Positions 52,073 through 62,172 of a stretch of DNA of 64,000 bases are shown piece by piece. The position numbers and the translations under genes are program-made. The notes beneath the pieces were generated by a model. The model did no database searches. It saw only the letters and a program-made list of their open reading frames with translations, and had not been told where the DNA came from. Location: positions 1 through 64,000 of IMG/VR virus record IMGVR_UViG_3300045747_000454; one strand, 5' to 3'. The first letter of the stretch is position 1. Every line of letters starts with the position of its first letter. This stretch comes from a virus.

Positions 52073-52564
52073 TTACGGTAGGACGGCGTCCTTACGAATC
52101 AGCCAGACGCGCGTGACATCCTTACTCCAAGCCTTGATGACATTCTTAGACCAACTGCGAAAGTTGGCGTCGTCAACCTTCTCGAGGTCCGTGACTCGAA
52201 CGTAGCCGAGCTGCGCCGCGTGCCGCCCGACTATAGCATCGTAGAGCTTGACTCGGCTTAGCTCGCTGTTCTTGGAGCTGAAGCCAATGCCAAGTGGCTT
52301 GTTCTCGGCGACGGCTTTCTTCAACACGTCAAAGACCGTGCTGAGAATGCGCAGAGCAACGATCCTGTCGGCTGGACTATCGCCAATCAGATCCCACGTT
52401 CCCTTTCGCTTGAAATCGACGATGTAGGTCTGACCACCCTGCCACCAATCGAGCGTGATAATGACAAGCTCATTCGAGCCATCCAGAAAGTGCGCCTCAA
52501 TGCTCTTGTTGTTCTCTTCAACCTCGTACTTGTACGGAGAGTCAAGCAGCTCTTGCAGAATCAT
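52073..52564 (-). CDS. probable head-internal protein resembling the N-terminal domain of T4 Alt
   Basis: ATGA-coupled start MILQELLD; RILSTVFDVLKK..SRVKLY..LIRK resembles Alt N-terminus as recalled (MELITELFD..INSVFTV..LIHRK). Confidence 0.55.
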   Translation of the reverse strand: MILQELLDSPYKYEVEENNKSIEAHFLDGSNELVIITLDWWQGGQTYIVDFKRKGTWDLIGDSPADRIVALRILSTVFDVLKKAVAENKPLGIGFSSKNSELSRVKLYDAIVGRHAAQLGYVRVTDLEKVDDANFRSWSKNVIKAWSKDVTRVWLIRKDAVLP

Positions 52565-55500
52565 TTGACGGCCTGCCTGATCACGGTTGGCGTCAGAGCG
52601 TCGACGATCTCGATGTCGCCCAACTCTGCTGCGGATTGAAGAATCTCGTCGATGCCTGACTCGACGGTGAACATCGCACCGAATGAGTTCGTGCTGTACG
52701 TTGGCACCAGCACGACCGTCGCCACGTCGGCAGGCAAGCGCTGGTGAATCAGACTGGACAGCTCGGTGGCGTAGAACGTGTCGCCGAAGTCCCAAGTGTC
52801 GATGCTGAAGTACGTGTTGATGACGTTCAGAATCTCTTCCTTGATGCGCTCGTTCGTCAGCGTCGAGGACTGCGCACGAACGACCTTGAACTTGGCGCGC
52901 AGCTGAGGTTCAGCAAGACCACCGAAGAGCAGGCGCAGCTTGCCTGGATGCAGCACGAGCGTGTCGCTCAGCATCTTGTTCTCAAGCAGATAGCCGTAGG
53001 TGTTGCGCAGGTCGAGCGGCGTCGGTGGCGTCGGAGCAGACAGCGAGGTGCCACGCACGTAGCTGATGACGTTGTCGTAGTAGCCGCGCGTCATCAGATA
53101 GGCGTCGTGAATGTTCGTTGGCGACGGATCGATGACGTTCGTGAATGGTGTGAAGTGCTCCCACATGAAGTCGAGGCCCTTGTCGCTGTTCGACACGGAC
53201 GACAGCTTTGGCATACGAAGGTTGCGCCCGTGCGTCAGCGAGTTGTTGATTGTGGCGCCAGCTTGCCAGGATCCAGGCGTCGGGTCAGCGGCAGACAGCA
53301 CGGTTGGCGTTGCCAGCGAGAAGTACTCGTAGCTGTCGGCGGCAAATGTTTCAAACTGCAGCAGGCGATCAGGGATCAGGTCGCCAGAGGTGTCCTCATT
53401 CAGCAGGTCAGACGGCACGATTTCAAGCTGATTGACGTTGATCGATCCGCTTGAATCACGAACAGCACCGACAACGTCGTACAGCTGTGAAGTGCCAAGC
53501 GGCTGTCCAGCCGTGTCGAGATTGGAGCGCAGCACCTTGACATTGTCGAAGACGCGCTTCTTAGTGTCGGTGTCGATGAGAACATCAAGATTGTTGTACC
53601 AAAAGCGAGTCGTTGGCGACTCGACGATGAGCTTGAAGTTGCGATGATTGACCTCGTAGCCAACGACTTGCAGCGTCGAGACGGCGCGAATCTTGCGAAC
53701 GAAGATGACCCAGCTATGCTGCTTCAAACTCGTCGTTGTGGTGAAGACCTGCGGGTCTGCCATTGACGAGGCGAAGTCAACCATGCCTGGCGCTGACGCT
53801 GGCATGATCTGCCACCAACCATTCAGATTGACCTTGCAGGTCCACGTCGGACTGGCGGCACCGCTGGTTGCTGAGCGAAGAGACAGCACACCGGTTGCGC
53901 TGGTGTCGAGAATGAAGGCGTCACCTGCGACGAGCGTCGTCGTGCCCTGCGTCACGGTGAACATCGGAGTGCTGTTCGTGAAGCCAACAGGCTGAATGTC
54001 GTACTCACTGCCAATCTTGCCAGTCGGGAATGTCCCACGCAGATTGGAGCGCACAGCCAGCGTCAAACCATCAGCTTGAACTTCAATCGTCCAAACCTCA
54101 CCAGCTTGCCAGAATCCGCTTGCAACCCAAGTGCCGTTGATTGCAATGGTACCATTGCCGATTGCAGCGAGCGTGCGATTGTAGCGCAGTCCAAAGTAGT
54201 CTTGAGCAGCGACCGATTGAATGCCTGAGCCAGTGTCGCCAGGTGGCGACTTGTTGATGCTGTCGATGGTGCGTGGCAGCGTCGCATCGTAGAGGTTGCC
54301 ATCGTCCTCAGCGTTTGGACCTTGAACTGGAATGACGCCGAGCAGCGTGCCGTTGGCGTCAACAACTCGATTCAGCGGCTCGCCGTACCAGTGACGGTCG
54401 ATGAGGCCCTGCATCGCAGTCTTCTCCTTGAGCGAGCCGTTGCCAGCAAAGCCAAGAACGGTATCGACCTTGGTCGTGGAGCCGACGATGTTGTATGGTC
54501 GAGCGCGATTGTCCTCGATGAACTTGCGGCGGGGCGCCGACACAACACCACGAGTGGCTGGGTCAGTTGCCGAAATGTGCAGCAGCAGGTCAACGACGCC
54601 TGGCTCCTTGAGCAGCGGTTCGATGACGTCATCGATGAGACCCTTGCCAGACACGCTCGTCGTGATCGTGTTCATCGTCATGACGTAGCGCATGACCAGG
54701 TCGTCGCCGAACAGCTTGACATTCTCGTACTGACCTGATGCGTCGTTCCAGTCGATGTACTTTGGCTGTCCAGCGAAGGTGCGATTGATCGTTTTGAGGC
54801 GAAGGATGGTTGGGTCCTTCAGCAGAAACGTGTTGTAGTCCTGCCCATTGACCATGCGGTTCTGAGCGTAGTAGGTTGCCGGCGCTGAGCGACGAACGTG
54901 CTCAATCGACTCGGTGGCTGAACCATTCTGCAGCGTCGAGGTCAGACTGAACGTCATCGTGATCGATTCGGCGTTGCCGAGCGTCGACGTGTAGTTCAGC
55001 GCCATCACCTGATTCGAAATGCGATTCTTCTGAATGACGATGCTGCGGTTCGCTGACTGACGAAGCCAGAAGCGATACGAGCCGATCGGCGCGTCAGAGA
55101 AGTCACCATCGCCAAAGATGACGGTGACCTGATCATTCTCGCGAGTATCGACCTCGAACTTCTTGCGAGTGCTGCGAATGTCGTTGAAGACCAGATTCTG
55201 CTCAGCGACTGTATCAACCTGCTGCCAACGCTCTGCCACGCTGCCATTCAACGCCAGACCTTGAACCCAGACGTCAGTGTGATTGACGTTCTCAGGATCG
55301 AAGTCGAGGCGACGATTTGGAAGGCGCTGCGTGATGTCGTAGTCGATGCGCGTCAGAATGCCCTGCTTCGTGAAGAACAGAAAGCCAGTGTAGTCTGAGC
55401 CGTCGCCAATACCGTCGTTGGCGTACATGATTGAGAGCGGCGCTTGAAGGTCAGGCTCACGCTCGAACGGACCATTGTCGTCGACGTCAGCTGACACGAT

Positions 55501-56127
55501 TTCCATGTTGAACGACTCGAGACCAGTTGACGCCTTGTAGGCGAACACCGCATTACGCAGAGTGGCAGGGTCGTTGCGCAGCGCGTAAAGGTCAAACACG
55601 ACATCGCCAACCGTCTGTGTCTTCTGTGGTTGGCCGAGACGCGAACGAAGAATACGGTTCATGACGAGCGTGAACTGCTCCTTCCAATTCACGTTGTTCG
55701 CATCGTTCCACGTGATGGTTAGACCAGAGAGGTCGACGCCACGACTGTCGATGACGCGCTCGGTCGTCGAGACGGTGGTGACCTTCACCAGACCACGCAC
55801 TGGAATGTTGCGCGTCGCCTTGTAGCTGATGAGCTTGGCGAGCTTGAGAATCGACTGCTTGCGCTGCGCCGTCGTGATGAAGTTCTCGTGCGCAACCATG
55901 TCGACACGGTAGGCGAGCTGCTCGGCGATGTACGCAAACAACTCGAGCATCGCGATGAACTCAGACGACTGAATGTAGTCGTTGAACTGCTCGGGATAGT
56001 ACGTGCGCGTGTAGTCAACCAGCGACTGCTTGATTGTGTCGAAGTCGTACGAAACGAAGGAGACTGCGTTGAAAGCCTGATAGATCTTGTCCCAGGTTTC
56101 AGCGGAGTAGGTTGTGCGAAGCGCCAT
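52561..56127 (-). CDS. gp6: baseplate wedge protein (gp6-like)
   Basis: YDFDTIK, ENFITTAQR..LAKLISY, FGDG, ESIEHVR..AP..QNRMVNGQDY. Confidence 0.9.
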   Translation of the reverse strand: MALRTTYSAETWDKIYQAFNAVSFVSYDFDTIKQSLVDYTRTYYPEQFNDYIQSSEFIAMLELFAYIAEQLAYRVDMVAHENFITTAQRKQSILKLAKLISYKATRNIPVRGLVKVTTVSTTERVIDSRGVDLSGLTITWNDANNVNWKEQFTLVMNRILRSRLGQPQKTQTVGDVVFDLYALRNDPATLRNAVFAYKASTGLESFNMEIVSADVDDNGPFEREPDLQAPLSIMYANDGIGDGSDYTGFLFFTKQGILTRIDYDITQRLPNRRLDFDPENVNHTDVWVQGLALNGSVAERWQQVDTVAEQNLVFNDIRSTRKKFEVDTRENDQVTVIFGDGDFSDAPIGSYRFWLRQSANRSIVIQKNRISNQVMALNYTSTLGNAESITMTFSLTSTLQNGSATESIEHVRRSAPATYYAQNRMVNGQDYNTFLLKDPTILRLKTINRTFAGQPKYIDWNDASGQYENVKLFGDDLVMRYVMTMNTITTSVSGKGLIDDVIEPLLKEPGVVDLLLHISATDPATRGVVSAPRRKFIEDNRARPYNIVGSTTKVDTVLGFAGNGSLKEKTAMQGLIDRHWYGEPLNRVVDANGTLLGVIPVQGPNAEDDGNLYDATLPRTIDSINKSPPGDTGSGIQSVAAQDYFGLRYNRTLAAIGNGTIAINGTWVASGFWQAGEVWTIEVQADGLTLAVRSNLRGTFPTGKIGSEYDIQPVGFTNSTPMFTVTQGTTTLVAGDAFILDTSATGVLSLRSATSGAASPTWTCKVNLNGWWQIMPASAPGMVDFASSMADPQVFTTTTSLKQHSWVIFVRKIRAVSTLQVVGYEVNHRNFKLIVESPTTRFWYNNLDVLIDTDTKKRVFDNVKVLRSNLDTAGQPLGTSQLYDVVGAVRDSSGSINVNQLEIVPSDLLNEDTSGDLIPDRLLQFETFAADSYEYFSLATPTVLSAADPTPGSWQAGATINNSLTHGRNLRMPKLSSVSNSDKGLDFMWEHFTPFTNVIDPSPTNIHDAYLMTRGYYDNVISYVRGTSLSAPTPPTPLDLRNTYGYLLENKMLSDTLVLHPGKLRLLFGGLAEPQLRAKFKVVRAQSSTLTNERIKEEILNVINTYFSIDTWDFGDTFYATELSSLIHQRLPADVATVVLVPTYSTNSFGAMFTVESGIDEILQSAAELGDIEIVDALTPTVIRQAVK

Positions 56128-56153
56128 GAAGAATGTCCTGTGTGAGCGTCAGC

Positions 56154-56161
56154 TATTTATG
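56154..56161 (-). promoter_or_regulatory. late promoter CATAAATA
   Basis: Overlaps the gp25 stop; upstream of gp6. Confidence 0.8.
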
Positions 56162-56549
56162 ATCCAACGGGGAACGTGAGCTTGAGCGTTTCCTTCGTGT
56201 TCAGGCGAAGGTAGATGACGTCAACAAAGGCGACGATGGCGTTGTTGTCTGGCAGCGCCATGACGGCAATGTCAACCATCTGAAGGCGAGGGTCGTACTC
56301 AATGACCATTCGCAAATCGTCCTCAACGACTTTCAGGCTTCGCTCGTCAAGTGGCTCGAACGCCATCATCGGAATGCGCGTGCCGAAGTTCGGTTGCATG
56401 ACGCGCTCGCCAGGCGTCGTGTAGATATGGTTGAGCAGATCACGCTTCACGGTTTCGAAGTCGGTGGTCGTGAACGGACCACCACGCGTCTCGTAGCTGC
56501 TCGCAGTGGAAAAACCACGGTAGATTGCTGCATTAGGATTGAAGGACAT
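56157..56549 (-). CDS. gp25: baseplate wedge/sheath initiator (gp25-like)
   Basis: LLNHIYTTPGERVMQPNFGT..YDPRL. Confidence 0.92.
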   Translation of the reverse strand: MSFNPNAAIYRGFSTASSYETRGGPFTTTDFETVKRDLLNHIYTTPGERVMQPNFGTRIPMMAFEPLDERSLKVVEDDLRMVIEYDPRLQMVDIAVMALPDNNAIVAFVDVIYLRLNTKETLKLTFPVGS

Positions 56550-56552
56550 ACG

Positions 56553-57677
56553 TTACGCTTTCCAGTTTGGGCCACGCTTGCCCGTAGTGCCAGGCCTCGG
56601 CCAGGGCTCGTGATCAGGCACGATGGTAGGTTTATCAGCGCACTTCGCCTCGGTGGCCTTGGGACCGTTCAGTTGAATCGCTGTGCCAGTCAGGAACAGA
56701 ATGCCCTTCGACAGAATGTTGAACTTCACGCCAGACGTCAGGTCAAGACCACCGTCACCAGAAAGTGAAACATCCTCGCACGCCGTCATGCGCGCGTGCC
56801 CAGTCGCGTTGAGGTTCAGATTCTTGCCAGCCTGAAGATTGATGTTGCCAAGCGCCGACACGTTGAAGTCACCGCCAGTCGACATGCTGATAGCCTCGGC
56901 TGCGTAGATGTGCACGTGGCCATCAGCGTCGAGCTCGACCCAAGTCTTGCCCTGCGCCGTCGAGACGTAGATGCGCTCGTTGGCGTCGTCGAAGATGACC
57001 TGATGCCCTTCAGCAGTCTTGATGCGAATGCGAGCAAAGCGGGCATCGTCCTGCAGAATGATGGCGTGTCGCCCAGGCGTCGTAATGCAGTAGGTCTGTG
57101 GGTCAAGCCCAGTGCTCTCGGTATCCTTGTCCTTGACCGTGGCAGTGCGCGTCGAGTAGCCCTCTGCGTCAGACTTGTCCGTCAGCGCCTGCGCAGCCTG
57201 TCGCTCGTAGGCGCCACGCGTCTTGGCAATCGAATCACCGAGCTTGCCGTTGAACTGCGCCTTCAGATTTGAGGCGGCTGGTTCAATCGTCTCGAAGGTG
57301 TCTGACACTGGGGCACCACCATCCTTGTTGCGACCGGCAGGCAGCGAGCGATTCGTGTGCACATCGAAGTATGAGCCCATGTAGACGCGCAGGCTCGGGT
57401 CGTCGTAGAGGAAACCGATGATGACGTGAGCGCCGACGCGCGGCACAGCCCACAGTCCGTAGGCGACTGGTCCAGTCGCCTTGGCGCCGCTGCCACCGCC
57501 AGCGTAGTCCTCAGCAGAGCCAGCTAGCTGCGAGGTGTAGAGAACCCACGGCAGCGTGTTGACGTCGAACGAGGTCAGGTCGCCATCGATTGACGGACAC
57601 CAGACCTTGAAGCGACCCATCTCTTGTGGGTCAGCCGTTTCAACAACTACGCCCTCAACTAGTCCTGGCAAATTCAC
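56553..57677 (-). CDS. gp5: baseplate central spike (gp5/VgrG-like, no lysozyme domain)
   Basis: OB fold DPQEMGRFKV..VPRVG; TPGRH, KTAEGHQVIFDD beta-helix; PDHEPW. Confidence 0.88.
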   Translation of the reverse strand: MNLPGLVEGVVVETADPQEMGRFKVWCPSIDGDLTSFDVNTLPWVLYTSQLAGSAEDYAGGGSGAKATGPVAYGLWAVPRVGAHVIIGFLYDDPSLRVYMGSYFDVHTNRSLPAGRNKDGGAPVSDTFETIEPAASNLKAQFNGKLGDSIAKTRGAYERQAAQALTDKSDAEGYSTRTATVKDKDTESTGLDPQTYCITTPGRHAIILQDDARFARIRIKTAEGHQVIFDDANERIYVSTAQGKTWVELDADGHVHIYAAEAISMSTGGDFNVSALGNINLQAGKNLNLNATGHARMTACEDVSLSGDGGLDLTSGVKFNILSKGILFLTGTAIQLNGPKATEAKCADKPTIVPDHEPWPRPGTTGKRGPNWKA

Positions 57678-59713
57678 TTCGTCTCCTTAGCTGGTGTTCC
57701 TTGAGTCGCTGGACCTGCGGCGGCAATCTTGTTGCCGCCGAAGATGTTGTGCGAGTAGAGCTCGAGCGTCTGCGTGAAATTGTGCCCAGTAAACTCATTC
57801 GACACCTTGAACACCGTATAGTAGCAGTCGGTCAGCACGCTGGTAGCGTAGTCGCCGTCTAGCTCAGTGTTGGTCTTGAAGTCGACGTTCGGACCCATGA
57901 CCTTGACGCGAACGAAGACTGGCGAGGCGATGTAAGAAGCTTCAGACAGCGCAGATTCTTGCATCTTGAACTTGCCATTACCCTTACCCTCAAAGCCGAG
58001 GCGAGCAATGCGAGCGTCGAGGTCAGCACGATACTTCAGCACGCCGTCTGCATCGCCCGCTGGCCTGTGGTCGAGCAGCGTGTCGATGTTGAACTTGTGC
58101 AGAATTTCTGGATTGCCCTTAATGCGCATCGCCACGGTAATTGGCGAGCCAGCGTAGAACTTTGTGAGGTTAGCTGTGTAGCGCTGCGCCTCTTGCTGTT
58201 GCTCTAGCTGCTTGGCGCCAGATGCCATCTCGTCGCTTATCTTCTTGAAGTTCATCTTGACCGCGTCCGTGTCAAGCGGCATCAACAGCGGGTCCTTCGG
58301 ACGAGTGTAGAGCAGGTCCTCAATGGCGCGCTTCACGTCGTCTGATTGCGTCTTGTCGGCAGCAACGCGCAGCGCTCCATCACCCATGCGCAGATTGGAG
58401 GCAAGCAGAAACTGAAAGTCTTGAACCTTCATCTCGAACTCAAGAATGTCCTTGTTCGCGCCGGTGAAGATGTAATCGTATTCGATGAAGTTCTGTGGAA
58501 CGCGCTTCTCGGTGCCAGTCGTACCGTCTGGCACAAGCTTGTACCAACGAGCTTCCTTCTCGCTGACGGTCGTTGGCGTTGACTTCTGATGCAGAAAGAC
58601 GTTCGGCACCTCGAACTCGTAGACGTCAATGTGAACTGTGAGCGTTTCTTCATCGCTTGTGATGCCGACCAAATGCTTGTAGAATTTGATGGAGCCTTCT
58701 TTGATTGAGTCGCGCTGTTGAAAGTTGCCGAGCTTGGCAATCTCTGGGACCTGCACGAAGATGAGGTCGAGCGCCTTAGTCAGCGAGGTCCCTGGTGGTA
58801 CGGCGCTGTACGATGTGGCAACCTTGCCAGCCTTCTCATCTGCCGCCTTCTTGGCGTCAATAGCACGCTGAGCAGCATCACGAATGCGCTCCTCCGCCTT
58901 GCCAGACACGCCGCCCGCAAATGTCATGTCATTCCAGGCGTCTGGAATCGTGATTTGATACTGCACCATTCGTCCAGTCGTCTTCGTACTGCCAGTGCCA
59001 TTCAGCACGCCTTGAACTGCGCCGTAGTACTCTTTTGAGACCGCGTTCAATCGGTCGTTGAGACTTTTGATGGCGCTGCTGAGCTTGTTGTCTTCTGACT
59101 TGTACGACGTTGCCGTTGAGACCGTGAGAAAGCGACCGAAGCGATTGACATTGAAGTTCATGTTTGGCATGAACTCGAGCGTGTAGGTGCCACGCCCAAA
59201 GTCGAGATTGATGTCCATGCGATTCAGATGCATTGGAATCGTTTCAGACTGCACAGTCTCTGATGAGCCGTCTGGATGGTGGCCGACGAAGATGGTGCGC
59301 AGCATGAAGACCATGCCATCGTAGTTTGTCTGCAGCTGCTTGTCCATCAACCACTGCATGAAGTTGCCGAAAGAGATGCCGACGCTGTCGAGAATCTGCA
59401 TCGATAGGTCAGTCGCCAGATTCGACGTTGCCGCACCGGCCTGCAACCCATTGACGTACACATCGTACTTCAGCGATTCAACGGTGAATTGTCCGAAGCG
59501 GCGTGTGTCGAGAACAAGATACACGTCGTCATTGACGCCACCAACGCTGATTGGCGCGCCAAGATAGGTGGCAGCGTCGATAGCTTCAAGCGTGGCTTGC
59601 TTAAAGGATGAGTTCGCAAAGTTGAGTGCAGTCTGCGTCGTTCGGCAGGCCACGAGAATGTAGTGAATCGAGTACGACGAAAAGTCGTCAAGTGGATTTT
59701 TGATGTATGGCAT
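57674..59713 (-). CDS. baseplate hub protein (gp27-like)
   Basis: NPLD..SYS, YDYIFTGANKDIL, IKGNP, YTVFKVSNEF..FTQTL; adjacent to gp5. Confidence 0.7.
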   Translation of the reverse strand: MPYIKNPLDDFSSYSIHYILVACRTTQTALNFANSSFKQATLEAIDAATYLGAPISVGGVNDDVYLVLDTRRFGQFTVESLKYDVYVNGLQAGAATSNLATDLSMQILDSVGISFGNFMQWLMDKQLQTNYDGMVFMLRTIFVGHHPDGSSETVQSETIPMHLNRMDINLDFGRGTYTLEFMPNMNFNVNRFGRFLTVSTATSYKSEDNKLSSAIKSLNDRLNAVSKEYYGAVQGVLNGTGSTKTTGRMVQYQITIPDAWNDMTFAGGVSGKAEERIRDAAQRAIDAKKAADEKAGKVATSYSAVPPGTSLTKALDLIFVQVPEIAKLGNFQQRDSIKEGSIKFYKHLVGITSDEETLTVHIDVYEFEVPNVFLHQKSTPTTVSEKEARWYKLVPDGTTGTEKRVPQNFIEYDYIFTGANKDILEFEMKVQDFQFLLASNLRMGDGALRVAADKTQSDDVKRAIEDLLYTRPKDPLLMPLDTDAVKMNFKKISDEMASGAKQLEQQQEAQRYTANLTKFYAGSPITVAMRIKGNPEILHKFNIDTLLDHRPAGDADGVLKYRADLDARIARLGFEGKGNGKFKMQESALSEASYIASPVFVRVKVMGPNVDFKTNTELDGDYATSVLTDCYYTVFKVSNEFTGHNFTQTLELYSHNIFGGNKIAAAGPATQGTPAKETK

Positions 59714-60088
59714 TTAGACGATTGGGAGAATAGCGATTGGAACTTCGCGAGTCGAGGCAACGCCGCCAGGCGTTCCGGCAAGCAGCGCTTGCAAACGAGA
59801 CTTCGACGGCATATTGAGAACGACGCCCTCGGTGATCTCGCCATATGGGTCAAGAATGTTGTTGTACTGAGCGACGACCCACCACACGCGAGGTTCGTTG
59901 TAGAACATGGTTGTGATGAGGTCGAGGCGTCCGACTAGCGCCTTCTCAACGACGTAGGTCGTGTCGTCGATGTTCAACGAGAAGCCGATGCGATCCCACC
60001 ACTCAATGGCGTTGGCATTGACCTCGGTTGTCCCGCCGCTTACGTAACGAGACGTTTTCACTAGAGTGCTATTCTTTTCGGCCATCAA
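59714..60088 (-). CDS. baseplate gp53/LysM-like protein
   Basis: GRLDLI..FY..WWVVAQYNNILDP. Confidence 0.8.
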   Translation of the reverse strand: MMAEKNSTLVKTSRYVSGGTTEVNANAIEWWDRIGFSLNIDDTTYVVEKALVGRLDLITTMFYNEPRVWWVVAQYNNILDPYGEITEGVVLNMPSKSRLQALLAGTPGGVASTREVPIAILPIV

Positions 60089-61383
60089 TCGCCTCCGTCA
60101 ATTCCAAAGCTACCGGTCTGTTGCAGCGAGCCAATCTTCAGCGTGGTTGGAATCTTAGCTGTAGCGTTTGAAATCAATTCAGACGCCTTGGCTTGCGCCT
60201 GCGCCATGAATGAAGGTCCATTCAGCATCGAGCCGGCGAATGCTGGGTCGATGGCTGGTGTTATTCCAGACAACGTTGCTCCGCTGGTGTCCGTGAGATA
60301 CTTCGGATCCTGCATCAGCTTATTTGGCATAGTCACTGTCTGAGCCTCTTGCTTGTTAGCCGCTGCGTGTGGTGAGGTCGGACCAGCTGTGTCTTCGTTT
60401 GCCGGCGCCTTGAAGGCGTCTGCGTAAAAGCCAAGACGATACCGATCAAGATTGAAGTTGTTGAACTCCGTCGTACTGTAGCTCTCGGTCAGATTGATGG
60501 CCACCGACATCACGGCAGGGAATGGTGTCTTTGGCTCCGATGACGGTTTGTTCAACTTCTGCGGGTCAGTCTCGTTGTCAATGTCGATTGGGTCCCAGGC
60601 AGGAAGATAGTCAACGTCCTTTGGCCAAGTCCAGTTCAGCGTGGTGACAACCACCGGCACCTCACCGACAAGACCGCGTAGACCCTTCAGCTTGAGCACT
60701 GGCGGTGGCGCACCGATCTTGCCCTTGAACTGCGGGTCCTTTGCGGTGGCGGCACCGAAGTACGGCATGACCCAAGCGCGCAGTCGAAAGATATTGCGAA
60801 GATTGATTGATGCCTCAGCCGAGGTGCGCGAGATGAACATGCAGTTCAGATTCCAAGTCGTGCTGTCTGTGCCCTTGTACTTTTGAAAGGCACCTGGAAA
60901 CTGTGGTGGTGCAACTGCGTCATACTGCGCACCGCGATTCTCAACGATGTCAGGCAGCACGACGAACTCCATGACGTAGCCCTCGCTGTCGGTCAGCGAG
61001 ACGATGTGCTCCTTGTCGAGCATCACCACACCAGACAAAGCTTTCGCCTGAGCGGCTGTCGTAGTGGAGGTGCCAATCGCGCTGCTTGGAACTAACGCGC
61101 CAGGATTGGCGCCGCCGAGCGCACCAATCTTCTTCTGCGCATCGCCAATCTTCAAACCAAAGCCAGCTGCGATTGCTGCCGCACCCTCCTTAGCCTTGGT
61201 CGGAAGGTTGCTGAGTGAGAAGCCGCCGACCTGATACTTTGTAGCTTCGTTTGCGAGGCTTGCAAGACGCTGTCCAGCTGACTGCATCTCTGGATTGTCG
61301 CCGCTCTCGGCAATGGCTCGAGCAGCCTTGTCAGCGATTGATTCACCTGCCGCTGGCAGCTTAAATGCTCCGTAGTCTTCCAT
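60085..61383 (-). CDS. baseplate/tail-tube initiator (gp48/gp54-like)
   Basis: GAPPPVLKL..VPVVVT..WPKDVDY..P..MSVAINLTE. Confidence 0.7.
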   Translation of the reverse strand: MEDYGAFKLPAAGESIADKAARAIAESGDNPEMQSAGQRLASLANEATKYQVGGFSLSNLPTKAKEGAAAIAAGFGLKIGDAQKKIGALGGANPGALVPSSAIGTSTTTAAQAKALSGVVMLDKEHIVSLTDSEGYVMEFVVLPDIVENRGAQYDAVAPPQFPGAFQKYKGTDSTTWNLNCMFISRTSAEASINLRNIFRLRAWVMPYFGAATAKDPQFKGKIGAPPPVLKLKGLRGLVGEVPVVVTTLNWTWPKDVDYLPAWDPIDIDNETDPQKLNKPSSEPKTPFPAVMSVAINLTESYSTTEFNNFNLDRYRLGFYADAFKAPANEDTAGPTSPHAAANKQEAQTVTMPNKLMQDPKYLTDTSGATLSGITPAIDPAFAGSMLNGPSFMAQAQAKASELISNATAKIPTTLKIGSLQQTGSFGIDGGD

Positions 61384-62172
61384 TTACTTCTTCGCCTTCG
61401 CAGCCTTAGCAGCCGCCTTCGCTGCTTCCTTTGCATCAAGCGCAGCCTGCTTTGCAGCCGCCTTCTCAGCAGCCGCTGCAGCCTTGGCGTCAGCCTCCGC
61501 CTTCTCGGCTGCAGCTGCTGTCGCCAGCGATGCAGCTACCTTCTTGAAGATGATGTCAGACAGCGATTGCTTGACGCCGAGAATCTTGGCGAACGCAACC
61601 TTGTAACCCATCTTCACGGCGAGACGCGCCATCGAACCTGAGATCATGTGAACTGGAATGTCCTCGCCCTTTTCGGCGATGGCGAGAATCTCCTCAGACG
61701 GAGTTCCCTCGTCATCTGGGTCGCTGCGCTCCTCAAGCCCTGGCATCACGACGTGCTCGAGCTTCTCGCCGTTCGGACCGGTGAAGTACTTGTCAAGCAG
61801 CTCGATGTACTTGGACGCCCGGTCTGAACCTGCGGCGATGGCGTAGGGTTCGTAGCCGGCCTTCCGAACCTCCTCGAAGGCAGCCATGGCCGACGGGGCG
61901 GTGATGATCTTGACGCCGTTGGCTCGGCCGGAGGCCGTCATGAACTTGATGCGATCCTCAGCGCTCAGCGGGTTCTTGCTCAGATCCTTTGAGGTTTCGG
62001 CGCCGGCAACGACCACGACGATCGGCACCACGCCCTTGTGCTCACGCTCGAACTTCTTCATTCGGTCGATGACTGTGTAGTGTCCGGCGGTTGGCGGGTT
62101 GAAGCGACCAACGGCGACGACGGCTCGAGTCTTCTGCTGCCCAACCGTGTCCTCAAAAAGGTCTTGATCCAT
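61384..62172 (-). CDS. phage cytidyltransferase-like (HIGH-class) nucleotidyltransferase
   Basis: GRFNPPTAGH, KNPLS, AGSDR, ISGSMAR; SD GGAG supports ATG 62172; late promoter at 62196-62203; Ala/Lys-rich tail. Confidence 0.85.
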   Translation of the reverse strand: MDQDLFEDTVGQQKTRAVVAVGRFNPPTAGHYTVIDRMKKFEREHKGVVPIVVVVAGAETSKDLSKNPLSAEDRIKFMTASGRANGVKIITAPSAMAAFEEVRKAGYEPYAIAAGSDRASKYIELLDKYFTGPNGEKLEHVVMPGLEERSDPDDEGTPSEEILAIAEKGEDIPVHMISGSMARLAVKMGYKVAFAKILGVKQSLSDIIFKKVAASLATAAAAEKAEADAKAAAAAEKAAAKQAALDAKEAAKAAAKAAKAKK

